Assembly (NCBI GenBank): GCA_017445805.1
Contig: JAFSSC010000005.1
Location: forward strand, 43,683-107,682
Reading direction: 5' to 3'
From: a bacterium
GTDB lineage: Bacteria; Bacillota_I; Bacilli_A; Mycoplasmatales; Mycoplasmoidaceae
Length of the DNA stretch: 64,000 nt
In this document: positions 38,584-52,893 of the stretch, one piece after another
Position numbering within the stretch: the stretch's first letter is position 1
How the letters are laid out: each line of letters opens with the position of its first letter
Translations under genes and position numbers: made by a program
Notes under the pieces: generated by a model
The model's input: only the letters and a program-made list of their open reading frames with translations
Databases searched by the model: none
Told to the model about the DNA's origin: nothing

Positions 38584-39964
38584 TAATCATTTTTTTAGAT
38601 AAAAAATTATTGATTTCGCTTATTTTTATTCTTTTTTGTCGCATTGTGTCACGATGACGGACTGTCACACATTGGTCATTCGCTGTTTCAAAATCAATTG
38701 TAAGACAATAATAAGTACCGATTGCATCTTGCTTTCGATATCTTTTGCCAATTGAACCTGAAGTGGCAAATGTTGCAGAGATATTGGCATTTAAAATTTG
38801 TTGGTATATTTCTTTTGCATCATTAATTAATGATACTGATAATGGCAAAACAGCAACTTTATATGGACACAATTCATAACTAAGGCACAAAACCTCGCGA
38901 TAATCATTATCTTTAATTTTTTGGTATGTAAAAGTATCGCAAATGATTGCATATAATAAACGTTCAACTCCAACTGATGGTTCAATAACATACGGAATTA
39001 TTTTTTTTCCATTTTTTTGATCAAGATACATTAAATTTTTACCACTATTTTTTTGGTGGTTAAGTAAATCATAGTCAGTTCGATTAGATAAACCCCATAA
39101 TTCTGATCATCCATGAGGAAATCTATATTGAAAATCAATTGTTCGTTTTGCATAGTGACTTAAGTCATTTTTTGGATGTTCATAAGTTTTAATCTTTTCT
39201 TTATTAAGTTTTAATTTTTTTAATAAAAAGAAATTAATTTCGTTAAGAAAAAAATTAAAAAATTCCGCTGCTTGTTGAGGGAAACAAAAAAATTCTATTT
39301 CCATTTGTTCAAATTCACGTGTGCGGAAAATAAAATTACCTGGAGTTATCTCATTACGGAAAGATTTACCAATTTGTCCTACACCAAAAGGTAATTTTAA
39401 GCTTGATGTGCGTTGAATATTATTAAAATTAATAAAAATACCTTGGGCTGTTTCCGGTCGCAAATATAACGTATTTTCTTTATCTTTCACAATGCTTTGA
39501 TTTGTTTGAAACATTAAATTGAATTTTCTAATTTCGGTTCAATCTTCATGTTGACAGTTTGGACACTTAATATGGTTTTCCTTAATTATTTTTTGTAAAG
39601 ATTCTAATGATGAATTTTCATTAATTTTTGCATTTTTAACCTGGTCATTAATGATTTTATCGGCACGAAATCTTTTTTTGCAATGTTTACAATCAATTAA
39701 AGGGTCAGAAAATGATTCAATATGACCAGATGCTTTTCAAACATTAGGATTTAAAAAAATTGCTGAATCCAGTCCAACCATATTTGCTTTTGAAGTAATG
39801 AAATATTTTCATCATAAGGATTTAAGATTGTTTTTTAATAAAACACCAAGTGGACCATAATCTCAAGCATTAGCCAAACCATTATATATTTCACTACATG
39901 GGAAAACAAAACCATATTTTTTTAAAAAATTAACGATTTCATCTTGCTTAATAGTTTTTTCCAT
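38576..39964 (-). CDS. glyQS: glycine--tRNA ligase (homodimeric class II type)
   Basis: [40 protein letters not shown]... The class II motifs [25 protein letters not shown] are present. The pieces join in one frame to give 462 aa. Confidence 0.9.
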
Positions 39965-40039
39965 CGCAAACTTTACATTAATTATATTAAAGCAAAAATA
40001 GTAAAAAAAGAGTAATTTAATGTAACCGCATTAAAATGA

Positions 40040-42169
40040 TTAAGATTTACTCAATTCTTTTTTTCGTGCTAGTGCCTCTGGTGGCAAAGTAAGATTTTTA
40101 TGAATATAATCGATTTGTTCTTTGACAATTGTTTCAAGAATTAATAAAGACTCAACAATCAAATTTAATTCTTTTTTATTATTTTTGATGATTTTAATTG
40201 CATTACAATACTCTGTTTGAATGATATTTTCTATTTCTTTATCAATTTTAAGTGCTGTCTCGTTTGAATAAAATTTTGGGTCAAAAGGTGATTTTGTATC
40301 TTGGTATGGAACAAATTGGGTCATTCCTGCATCACTCATTCCTAATTGTGTAACCATTGTTTTAACAATCTTAGTTGCTTTATCCAAATCGTTAATTGCT
40401 CCGGTTGATATCGCATCTTTACCAAATTTAACTATTTCAGCTGCTCTTCCTCCCAGTGCCATACGAACAATAGCAAGCAAATCAGATTTCTTTTTAATTG
40501 ACATTTCTTGCTTTTCAGGAGTCGATAACATATAACCAGCAGCACAACCACGGGGAATAATTGTAATTTTTTCAACAACTTCACCACCTTTAGTAAAAAG
40601 TCCGACTAAAGCATGACCTGCTTCATGGGTAGCAATTTGTTTTTTTTCTTCTTCCGAAATTACCCTTGTATGTTTTGCCGGACCAGCCATTACTCGATCA
40701 ATTGCCTCATCGATATCTGCTATTGTAATTACATTTCTATTTTGACGTACAGCTAATAATGCTGCTTCATTTAAAACATTTTCCAATTGTGCTCCAGAAA
40801 AACCAGGTGTACGACGTGCAACATCGTTTAAATTGATTTTTGTCGACAAATTTTTATTTTTTGCATGTATTTTTAAAATTGCTTCTCTTTCTTTGATATC
40901 AGGAAGATATACTGGAATGATTCGATCAAATCGTCCCGGACGTAAGATTGCCTCATCTAGTATCTTAAGACGATTTGTTGCTGCTATTACAACAACACTA
41001 GTCCCTGTATTAAATCCATCCATTTCTGCTAACAATTGGTTAATTGTTTGGTCTATTATTCCTCCACCGTTACCTGCAGTCGAATTTTGACTTCTTTTCG
41101 AAGCAATAGAGTCAATTTCATCAATAAAGATAATAGATGGAGCAGATTTTTTTGCCCTTGCAAATAAATCACGTACGCGCTTTGCTCCTAATCCAACAAA
41201 CATGTCATCGAAACTGGAACCAGATACTTGAAAGAAAGGAACTTTTGTTTCACCAGCAACTGCTTTAGCCAATAATGTTTTTCCCGTTCCGGGTGGTCCA
41301 TACAACAAGACACCCTTTGGTGTTCGTGCCCCCATAGCAACATATTTTCCAGGATTTTTTAGATAATCAACTATTTCAATTAATTCGTTTTTTTCTTCTT
41401 CAATCCCAGCTACATCTTTAAATTTAACATTACTTTTTGCTAGAACTAATTGACTTTTGCCAAAACCAAATAAATCATTTCCATTTTTTCCACTTGAAAA
41501 TCTTAAAACTTTTCCCATTGTTGAAAATAAGAAATGAATCATTAGAATTGATGGTAAGATATGTAAGATTGAATAAAAAATATTTGGACCAGGACTAGGT
41601 AAGTTATCAGCATTAGTTACAACATATGTCACTCATTCTTCAAATAGCGAATATGCTTTAGAAGATTTTTGAGAATTAACACCATTTTCAACAACTTTAC
41701 CACCAATTAGGAAAATTTTTTCATTTTGATTTCCATTATTTTTTCCGCTTTTTTTTGGTTCAATGGCAACTTTAAATTCAATTTCTTTTACACCTTGAGA
41801 TTTGCAGTGGAAACTATATGTTGTTTTTTGATAATCGCCATGGAAATAATAGGCAAAACAATCATATTTACATGTTTCATTTTTGTCGGTATAATAAATT
41901 TTTTTACTTCCTTCTTTTGGTAAACTAATATTCAAATAATAACCATTATCATCATATTTAATTACTGCATGTGTCGGTTTAACCGAATTGCATTTCGGAA
42001 TACTTGGTCAAATAAGCATAAAAAGAATTCCTCCAATAAAAGCAAGCCTTATAATCCACGATATAAACTTCGCTAATCAATCGGAATTACTTAACGGAGC
42101 AAAAGATTTATTATTACCCTTTTGACCTTGATGTGAATCTTCTTTTTTTGTATTTTTTAAATCACTCAT
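40040..42169 (-). CDS. ftsH: ATP-dependent zinc metalloprotease FtsH
   Basis: Walker A GPPGTGKT, second region of homology, and zinc motif HEAGHAL. The N-terminal TM and extracytoplasmic region is re-joined across TGA to ATG 42169, giving 709 aa. Confidence 0.96.
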
Positions 42170-42193
42170 GTGAATAGTGCTTAATAGTAATAA

Positions 42194-42742
42194 TTATATT
42201 CGATTGAGATAATCTTGGTCAAATTCGGCAATATATGGTAAATTGCGTGCTTTTTCTTTAATATCTAGACCAAAACCAACAATAAAAACGTTATCAATGC
42301 TAAAAGCAGCAAAATCAGGTTTTAGTGTTACTTTTCGCTCATTAGGTTTATCAACTAAAACAACAATTTTTATTGATTTTGGTTTTTTCTTTTGTAAATA
42401 GGAAATTAAAACTTTCATCGTTCGTGCTGAATCTAAAACATCATCAACAATGATAATATCTTTATCAGTAATATTGGTTTTAACATTTGTAATAATTGTT
42501 GGTTTTGATTGTCTTTTAACTTGTCCTTTAAAACTCGAGATGACAATGAAATCAGTAACAACATTAATTTTTAGTTGTGGCAAAAGATTTCCAAAAAACG
42601 GCATCACCCCTTTTAAAATTCCAATTAAAATTGGTGTTTTTGTTGCATAATTTTTATTAATTCACTTTGCGGCACATTTAATCCCTTTTTTTATTCTCCG
42701 AGAACTAATAATTATTCTTTTAACATATTTGGGTTTAAACAT
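42194..42742 (-). CDS. hpt: hypoxanthine phosphoribosyltransferase
   Basis: PRPP-binding motif DIIIVDDVLDSARTM. The hpt-ftsH adjacency is conserved in Firmicutes. ATG is at 42742. Confidence 0.88.
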
Positions 42743-42799
42743 GATAAGTATCTATCGATAATTATTACTTAATTATATATATCACCACAACCAATCTAA

Positions 42800-43048
42800 T
42801 TATTGGTTTTTAATTTTTATGAGAAATTTAGCAATTTGATCTGGACAACTCGTTGGTTTAAACCCACATTTAATTCCTTTTAATAATTTAATCGTTTCAT
42901 CAATTGTTTTACCAATAATTAATTTACTTACTGCTTGTGTATTACCTGAACAACCACCAATTATTTGAAAATTAACGATTATTTTATTTTCAATATTAGC
43001 AATCATTTTCATTGCACAAACCCCCTTAGGGACGTATGTATATATCAT
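42800..43048 (-). CDS. TSCPD-domain small protein (four-Cys family)
   Basis: 82 aa with GGCSGNTQAVSKL...GIKCGFKPTSCPDQIAKF. The literal TSCPD motif is present. Confidence 0.75.
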   Translation of the reverse strand: MIYTYVPKGVCAMKMIANIENKIIVNFQIIGGCSGNTQAVSKLIIGKTIDETIKLLKGIKCGFKPTSCPDQIAKFLIKIKNQ

Positions 43049-43064
43049 ATTGAAAAATATTATA

Positions 43065-43628
43065 TTACTTGTGAAAAATATTATCTTTTTGTAAATTTTT
43101 TAAAATTATTGTAATTGCTTGTAAAATATCAACACTTTTTTTGTTATCCACAATTTGTCCTAAACCGTAAATGTTTTTTCATATTGTTTCATAATTTTCG
43201 TTAACAATTAATTTTTTGTCATTTGTTATTAGTTCTTTTGGTAAATAACTATTTTCAGAACCAGTAGCAATAATAATTGCTTTTGCTTCTCAAAAAGAGT
43301 TATTTGTTGTTGCAAGTAAGTATCTTCCATTTTCTAATCGTTGGAAAAAACAAACACAACCATAAAAACATTTAACGTGTTGGTTATTTTTTGCTTGTGT
43401 AAACAAGGAATAGCTTAAGTCTTTTCCTGTAATTTTTTGATAACCAAAAATATTTTTGATTTCACCTAATTTAAGCAAACTTCCACCAGGTGTATCCTTT
43501 TCAAATAAACCTGTTTCTAATTCATTTTGTCCGCAAGCGATTGTCATTAAAATCCCTGCTAAACCTGCTCCAATAATAACAACATCAAATTTGTGTGAAT
43601 CAATAACGATATTTCGTTTCAACCCCAT
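43065..43628 (-). CDS. thioredoxin-reductase-like FAD-domain-only protein (NADPH domain absent)
   Basis: 187 aa. It has the GxGxxG motif in DVVIIGAGLAG and the IIIATGS motif. It then jumps directly to the C-terminal FAD segment ...LIVNENYETIWKNIYGLGQIVD (equivalent to G.I.VD...T...G(V/I)(F/Y)AAGD). The central NADPH domain and the CxxC redox pair are missing. Confidence 0.6.
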
Positions 43629-44665
43629 TATTTACCACCATAATAAACCTGTTCTTCAAATTCACGTTTAACAATAATTTTAATTTTTTTCTTTTGGTAA
43701 AGAGGATATTTTTTTTTGTTAAAATAGTGTTTTACTTTGTGATAAAAATATTTATTGTTTTCTTGTCAGCATTTCAACAAATTTTTTATTGATGATCAAA
43801 TTTTTGTTTGCCGAATTTTTTTTGAAAAAACATGATTTAAAATAATGGCGATGGTACCAAAAGCAATTCAACAGTAAGACATAATGAAAGTTTCAAGATA
43901 TTTAAATTGTGCATCACGGTATTTTTCTAAAATACAACGAACAATTCCATATCATATAAAGTACAAAAAACCTAAATCACCTGCTTTACGCTTTTTGATG
44001 AATTCAATCCCAAAATAAATAATAAAAAAACCTAATAAATTTATGATTGATTCTCAAAGAAATAATGGTTGACAATATCCGCCTTCTTTGTTGACATACA
44101 TATAAGGCAGACAATTATGAAGGAATTGTTTTAGTGGTTGGGAAGTAACTAATGAACCATAAACTTCTTGGTTAAAATAATTTCCTCACCGTCCAATTGC
44201 CTGTCCAATTAAAATTGTTGGAATTGCCGCATCAAAATACAATAACGAACTAATTTTTGTTAGAAATTGTTTGTTGTGATGGACATTTTTAATTTTAAAA
44301 TTTTTTGATGCCAAGACAATATTGATGATAGTTATTGAAATTAAGGTCGCAAAAACAATTCCACCCTGTACCGCTAAACCTTTAACATTATAAAAAGAAA
44401 GACTAGAAGAATCATGTGTAATCACCCTTGACCAAATCATTGCTAAAAAAGGACCACAGCAGATAACAATTGGAACAATATATAAAATCGGTTCTTTAGG
44501 AATTTTATAAAATTTTCATATTTTAAAAATGGTTAGCAAAATGGCACTGACAAAAGCAAATCAAAGAAAAATTGAATATCAGCGTATAGGGTAAGAAAAT
44601 AAGTGAAAAGCAACGTCACTTACTCCAGAAATTCATTTTTTTTGTGGAACTAAATCGTTTTTCAT
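43628..44665 (-). CDS. lgt: prolipoprotein diacylglyceryl transferase
   Basis: 345-aa polytopic protein re-joined across many TGA codons. It carries the conserved GRWGNYFNQE(V)YG signature. Confidence 0.88.
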
Positions 44666-45564
44666 TGTTTATCCATTTTCGTAATTAAAAGCGAATTATG
44701 TTTTTTCATCAAAAAAATATTTTTTTCTAAACGATTAAATTTCATATTTTTTTGGGAAAAGATGAAGTTTTTTACATTGATAATTTTTCCCAAATTTATA
44801 TTTTTAATCTTTTTTTCTTTTAAAAACAAGTAAATTAAATTGTTTAAATTATTTTTTTTGTTTTTTTTAAAAAAATCAAGATTGAAATTTTGTTTTTTTC
44901 ATTTATTAAAAAGAGTTAATATTTTTTTTTCACGGAAATGTTGAAAAAAATTGCGAATAACAAATTTTAAAAAAATTATTTTCTTTTTCATGAACGAATA
45001 AGATGCTAGAATTTTTCGCACTTTATTGCGATCATACATATCCGTCTCATTTGTTCAATCAAGAGCATAATTAATACTATTTTTTTTGCAATACTTTTCC
45101 AATGCTTTTTTTGTTTTGTTAATTAAAGGGCGATAAATAATTAAATTTTTATAATGGTTTATTTTTTTTATTCCATAATAGAAATTCATTGATTTTTTAT
45201 TTTGTTGCATGATTGCTGTTTCCAAAAAATCATCAAATTGATGGGCAATTAATAGATTGAAAATTTGGTATTTAGAAGCAATTCTTACGAAAAAATTATA
45301 ACGAAGATCGCGCGCTAAGGCTTGAAAATTTTTTTCGGTTGCTTTTTCATAATAATCATTACTTATATGCAAACATTCAAAGATTATGTTATTTTTTTGA
45401 CAATATTGTTGAACAATTTTCATATCAAAATCACTATTTTTACGTTTGTGATAATTGATGTGACATACTACTTTTATCACATCTTTATACATATCAAGAA
45501 GGGCCATCGAATCTGGACCACCTGAAATTCCAGCTAAATAACTTTTTTTTTTGCTAACAATCAT
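44650..45564 (-). CDS. tilS: tRNA(Ile)-lysidine synthase
   Basis: The PP-loop SGGPDSMAL lies near the N-terminus. The frame extends past TGA 45055 to TAG 44652..44650, overlapping lgt by 16 nt. Confidence 0.88.
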
Positions 45565-45618
45565 TTTTCCTTTATTATCTTAAACTCTAAATAGACAAAA
45601 ATAAATTATCGTTTTAAT

Positions 45619-48081
45619 CTAATCGTTAGTTGGTTGAGCAAAGACAGCTGCAGAAACAATTTTATCATCTTGTTCAACAACAATCAATTTAACCCCTGAT
45701 GTTGCACGGCCACGATCGTTAAATTGAGTTAAATTAGTTTTCAATACATTTCCTTTTTTTGTAAGTAAAAGGATATCTTCATTACCACTAACAATTGTTG
45801 TATAAACAAGTTTTCCTGTTTTTGGCGTTATTTTTAGGGTGGTTACACCTTTGGAACCACGATTCGTCAAACGATATAAATTAACATCACTAATTTTACC
45901 AATTCCTTTTTCACCAATTGATAAAATTTTACTTCCCCCAAGATATGAAGTACTAAAACCAACCAAATAACCTTGATCAATTTTAATTCCACGAACTCCG
46001 GTGGCCGTTCGCCCCATGTTACGGATTTGATTGGCTTTAAAGCGCACTAATTTTCCAGTGGCATTTCCCAAATAAACTTCATCATTATCACTAACTAATT
46101 TAACATCAAATAATTTATCTTCGTCTTTTAGCGATATAGCAATTTTACCGGTTTTATTAATGTGTTGGTATTCAACCAAAGCGGTTTTTTTCACAATTCC
46201 TTTGCTTGTTGCAAACATTAATGAAAGATTTGGTGAATATTCCTTAATTGGTAAAATTGTAACAATTTTTTCATTTTTTTCAATTTGTAAAAAATTAATT
46301 GCTGGCACACCTTTAGCTTGTCGTGAACCAATAGGTATTTCATGACCACGTAAGCGGTAAACTTTACCATAATTTGTAAAAATCAAAATATCAGTATGAG
46401 TGTTAGCTGTAACTAATTTCATGACATTATCATCACTATGAACTTGCATTGCCGTTACACCAACACCACCACGTTTTTGGTTACGGAAAGTATTAATTGG
46501 CATTCGCTTTAAATAACCATTAATTGACATCGTAATCACAATGTCTTCAACTGGAATCAAATCTTCGTTATTAATTGATGCGATGCCATCAACAACAATT
46601 TCTGTTTTTCGTTCATCACCAAATTTTTTTGCTAGTTCATCTAATTGATGAATGATAAAATCGATTTGTTGGTCATGACTATTTAAAAGGTCATTGTATT
46701 TTTTAATATCATTATTTAATTTATCAACTTCATTCACAATTTTTGTCTTTTCCATCATTGACAATGAACGCAATTTTATTTCAAGAATGGCTTTTGCTTG
46801 CACCGATGATAATTGATATTTATCTATTAGTGCCTCTAAAATTGCTTTGTCACTTGGAGCATTACGGATTAATTTAATGATGGCATCAATATTTTTTAAA
46901 GCAATAAGCAAACCATTTAAAATATGTAAACGATTTTGGGCGATCTTTAAATTAAACTTTGTTTTACGAGCAAGAACATCAATTTGGTGGTCGATATAAA
47001 TTTGCAAAGCTGATTTAATGTTTAACATTTTTGGTTCGGCACCAACAAGAGCTAACATGTTAACTGCAAAATTTGTTTGCAATTTTGTCATCTTAAATAA
47101 ATTGTTTAAAAGAATTTCAGGAATAATTCCTCGTTTTAATTCAATAACAATTCTAATTCCTAAATGATTAGATTCATCACGTAAATCGGTGATACCATTT
47201 ATTTCATCATTTTTTACTAATTCGGTAATTTTTTCAACCAATTGTTGTTTATTTACCATATAAGGTATTTCTTTAACAATCAACCGACTTTTTCCACCGT
47301 CTAAGTGTTCAATATCAACTTTTGCACGCACGGTAATTGAACCTTTTCCGGTAGAAAAATAATCTTTTATTCCTTGTGTGCCAATAATTTGGGCAGCGGT
47401 TGGAAAATCAGGACCTTTAAGCACTTGCATAATTTCTTCACAAGTTGCAGATGGATTTTTTGCAACAACTTTTATTCCACCAATAATTTCTTTTAAGTTG
47501 TGTGGAGGAATATTTGTTGCCATTCCAACCGCAATTCCACTTGAACCATTAGCTAATAAATTAGGAAAAATTGCTGGAAGGACAACTGGTTCTTTTTCGC
47601 TTGCATCATAGTTATCTGTAAAATCAACTGTTTCTTTATCGATATCTACAAGCATTGTATCCGCTAACTTTGCCATTCGGGCTTCGGTATAACGCATAGC
47701 CGCAGCGGAATCACCATCAATTGAACCAAAGTTACCATGACCATCAATTAACGGATAACGTAACGAAAAATCTTGGGCTAAACGAACCATTGTATCGTAA
47801 ACAGCAACATCACCATGGGGGTGGTACTTACCGATTACTTCACCAACCAAACGTGCTGATTTTTTGTATTGACTATTAGAAGTCATACCAAGATTTCAAG
47901 CCGCAAATAAAACACGACGATGAACCGGCTTAAAACCATCACGGGCATCAGGTATTGCACGGGCAACAATTACTGACATCGCATAATCAAGAAAAGAAGT
48001 TTGTAATTCCTTTGTTATTTCTCGTTGCTTTTCGTTACTAGCTGCTAGTTGATCTTTAATTAGTCTATCTGAATTAGCCAT
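45619..48081 (-). CDS. gyrA: DNA gyrase subunit A
   Basis: [25 protein letters not shown] and the QRDR region [20 protein letters not shown] are present, with the active-site AAMRYTE. Two pieces join across one TGA. Confidence 0.98.
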
Positions 48082-48095
48082 TAATTATTTCCTTT

Positions 48096-50293
<2,198 letters not shown>

Positions 50294-50375
50294 ATCTATA
50301 TTATATCGTTTTTGCCACTAATTATTTCACTAATAAGTGCGAAAAATATTCGCATTTTTCCCTATGTTGTCCCTA

Positions 50376-50381
50376 TATAAT
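50376..50381 (+). promoter_or_regulatory. candidate -10 box (TATAAT) for ssrA
   Basis: A perfect TATAAT lies 7 nt upstream of the predicted mature 5' end. No convincing -35 box is present. Confidence 0.35.
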
Positions 50382-50388
50382 AAAAAGT

Positions 50389-50781
50389 GGGAGTGTAAAG
50401 ATTCGACATTGTATTTTTGGTTTAAGTTGCAGTGGGGTTTGCCCCTTATCGCTAAGGCACAAATACGTGCAAAACAAGATCAACATAAGTGAGAAGAAAA
50501 AGCTTTCTTACCACTTTATGGTCAAAATAACTATTACTACGCAAATCTTGCTTAGTTAATATTTAGCAATCATTAGTATTTTCTCACTTAATATTAGTGA
50601 TTTAAAACAAGTGATATATCTAATTGATGCTAATAAATTAGATGAAAACAATTAGCTATTTTGGTATCGTGTTTGTTTTAATACACAAGAATACCAATGA
50701 AGCTTAAAATTAAAACTAAACTGTAGAAGCTTAAATATGAAAATCCAATGGAAGTGAGTGCGATTCTCACCACTTCCACCA
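50389..50781 (+). ncRNA. ssrA: transfer-messenger RNA (tmRNA)
   Basis: The 5' sequence GGGAGUGUAAAGAUUCGACA pairs with the 3' CACUUCC-A-CCA acceptor. The T-arm is GUGCGAUUCUCAC. The internal tag frame ends ...YYYANLA-TAG. smpB is in the same window. Confidence 0.88.
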
Positions 50782-50809
50782 TTTAGTAAACATATATTTG
50801 ATATGTTTT

Positions 50810-50899
50810 GGAAATGTACTCAAGTGGTTAAGAGGGCACACTGCTAACGTGTTAGATCAAGTAATTGGTGCGTGGGTTCGAATCCCACCATTTCCGCCA
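50810..50899 (+). tRNA. tRNA-Ser (anticodon GCT), class II
   Basis: The acceptor ggaaatg pairs with catttcc, the anticodon loop is ctGCTaa, a long variable arm is present, the T-loop is ttcgaat, and CCA is encoded. There is one A-C mismatch closing the anticodon stem. Confidence 0.85.
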
Positions 50900-50908
50900 T
50901 TAATAAAA

Positions 50909-50940
50909 TAAAAGAGTCGATTATCTCTTTTATTTTTTTT
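50909..50940. terminator. intrinsic terminator hairpin plus T-run
   Basis: aaaagag / tcgattat / ctctttt is followed by tattttttttt. It lies after tRNA-Ser and overlaps the convergent pta stop. Confidence 0.6.
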
Positions 50941-51895
50941 TAATTTGCATTATTGTTAAAATAATTGTTCCAATAATATCTTCAGCCGTTGCTCCACGGG
51001 ATAAGTCACTTATTGGTGAGGATAAACCCAACAAAATTGGACCATAACATTTATATCCACCTAGTTGTTGCGCAATTTTATAGCTAATGTTAGCCGAATT
51101 TAATTCCGGAAAAATATAAATATTTGGTTTAGTTTTTCATTGACAATTTTTTATTTTTTTTGTGCGAATTTGTTGATTATAGGCAGCATCAAATTGTATT
51201 TCTCCATGAAACTCATAATTAGTTTTTTTTGCCATTTGTTTTGCTAATAAGCATGATTTTTTTACATCATCAACCAATTTACCCTTACCGCTATTATTTG
51301 TTGAGTAACTTAAAAAACAGCATATTGGTTTTTTTATTTTCAAAATGTTTTTTGCAAAATCACAGGCCATAATCGCAATTTTTGCTCGTTGTTGGTAATT
51401 AGGGAAAATATTTAAACCACAATCAGAAAAAATCATTAATTCTTTATTTTTTTCTAAGACACAAATAGAAGAAACAAAATCATTTTTATTTTTTTTTAAA
51501 ATTTCAATTGCTGGTTTGATAACATCTTTGGAAAAAAAATTAAGACCAGAAATCTGAGCATCAATTTCATGCATTTTTAACATTAATGAAGAAAGATAAT
51601 TAGGTTGTTGCACTAGAGATTTAACTTGTTTAAAATTTGTCTGTTCTTTTGATAAGGCATGAAGGAATCGTACATATTTATTTAAATCAATTGTATTAAT
51701 TGTTATTGTTTTAAATGGAAAATTTTTCGGAATATCATCTTTTTTTTTAAATAAAACAATTGGATCGATATAGTTTTTCAAAGATTCAATTGCTTGTTGT
51801 AATAATGGATTTTTTCCATCACTAAAAATAATTTTTGGTTTATTTTTAATCGATAACTTTTTTTTAAATAAATTAAGCATAAATAGCGTATTCAA
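50930..51895 (-). CDS. pta: phosphate acetyltransferase
   Basis: Two in-frame pieces join. The C-terminal signature reads ...ANISYKIAQQLGGYKCYGPILLGLSSPISDLSRGATAEDI. The start is TTG 51895 or ATG 51880. Confidence 0.88.
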
Positions 51896-51991
51896 ATTAT
51901 AAATTACTAATTATTGTTACCATCTTATAAAATAAAACGTACAATTAACATATAGTGGTGTTGGAGAAAAAATAGAATTGTTCGATATTTT

Positions 51992-52886
51992 ATGGTTAAG
52001 CATTTAGAATATATGTTTCGTAATCACGATCAATTTTATACAACGACTAATTGTGTTAGTTTTGTATTGAATAAATCTTTTTCATTCCTTAGAAAAAATA
52101 AGATAAAAATTGATAACAAAAACATATTTGTTGAACCTTCAGCAGGAACAGGTAGTTTCGTTAAATATTTACAAAAAAAGAATTTTAGTAATATTGAGGC
52201 ATATGATATTGAACCAAAATACTCGAATGTTAGACGAAAAAATTTTTTTGATTTAAAATTAAAATTTAATAAAAAAATCATTGTTATTGGTAATCCACCA
52301 TTTGGTTACAAATCAAAAATGGCTATTGAATTTATAATATAGATCATTAACTTTTTCTGATATTGTCATTTTTGTTCTTCCAATTCAGTTTAGACGATGA
52401 CTAACACAAAATAAAATTAATAATGATGCTAAATTAATTTATTCTTCGCAAAGACTCAATAAAAATTCATTTGTATATAAAGATAAACCATATAGTGTTA
52501 ATTGTATTTTCCAAATTTGAGTTAATAATACAAAAAAATTTAAAAAATTTAAAAATTTGCGAATTTTATCAGCACCTCCCAATAAACATAATGATTTTAA
52601 GACATGAATCTATAATAATACTAAATCAACGTTAAAATATTTTAATCAAAAAATTTATAAATGAGATATCGCTGTTGCTAGACAAGGATATTGTGATTAT
52701 TCCAAAATTTTTACCAATTCTAAAGGATTATCAAAAAAACATCAGTATTTATTTGTTAAATTTAACAATAAAAAAGCGCGCACTATATTTAAAAAAATTG
52801 ATTTTGTGAAATTAGCTGAATCAAATACCTCAATTAAAGGGTTTTCTAATACAGATTTAGTAAAAAAATATCTTCAATTATGCTAA
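51992..52886 (+). pseudogene. type II N6-adenine DNA methyltransferase (gamma-type motif order), single frameshift
   Basis: DQFYTT, motif I VEPSAGTGSF and motif IV VIGNPPFG are present, then TAG at 52340. The +1 frame opens at 52338 and stays open for 182 codons through a target-recognition-like C-terminus to TAA 52884..52886. The frameshift site (tttataatatag) is not a homopolymer. Confidence 0.75.
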
Positions 52887-52893
52887 AACAATT

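Noticed and set aside
39965-40039. Possible T-box leader upstream of glyQS.
   Set aside because: Only about 75 nt separate glyQS from the ftsH stop, which is too short for a T-box (typically 200 nt or more). I saw no specifier or antiterminator pattern.
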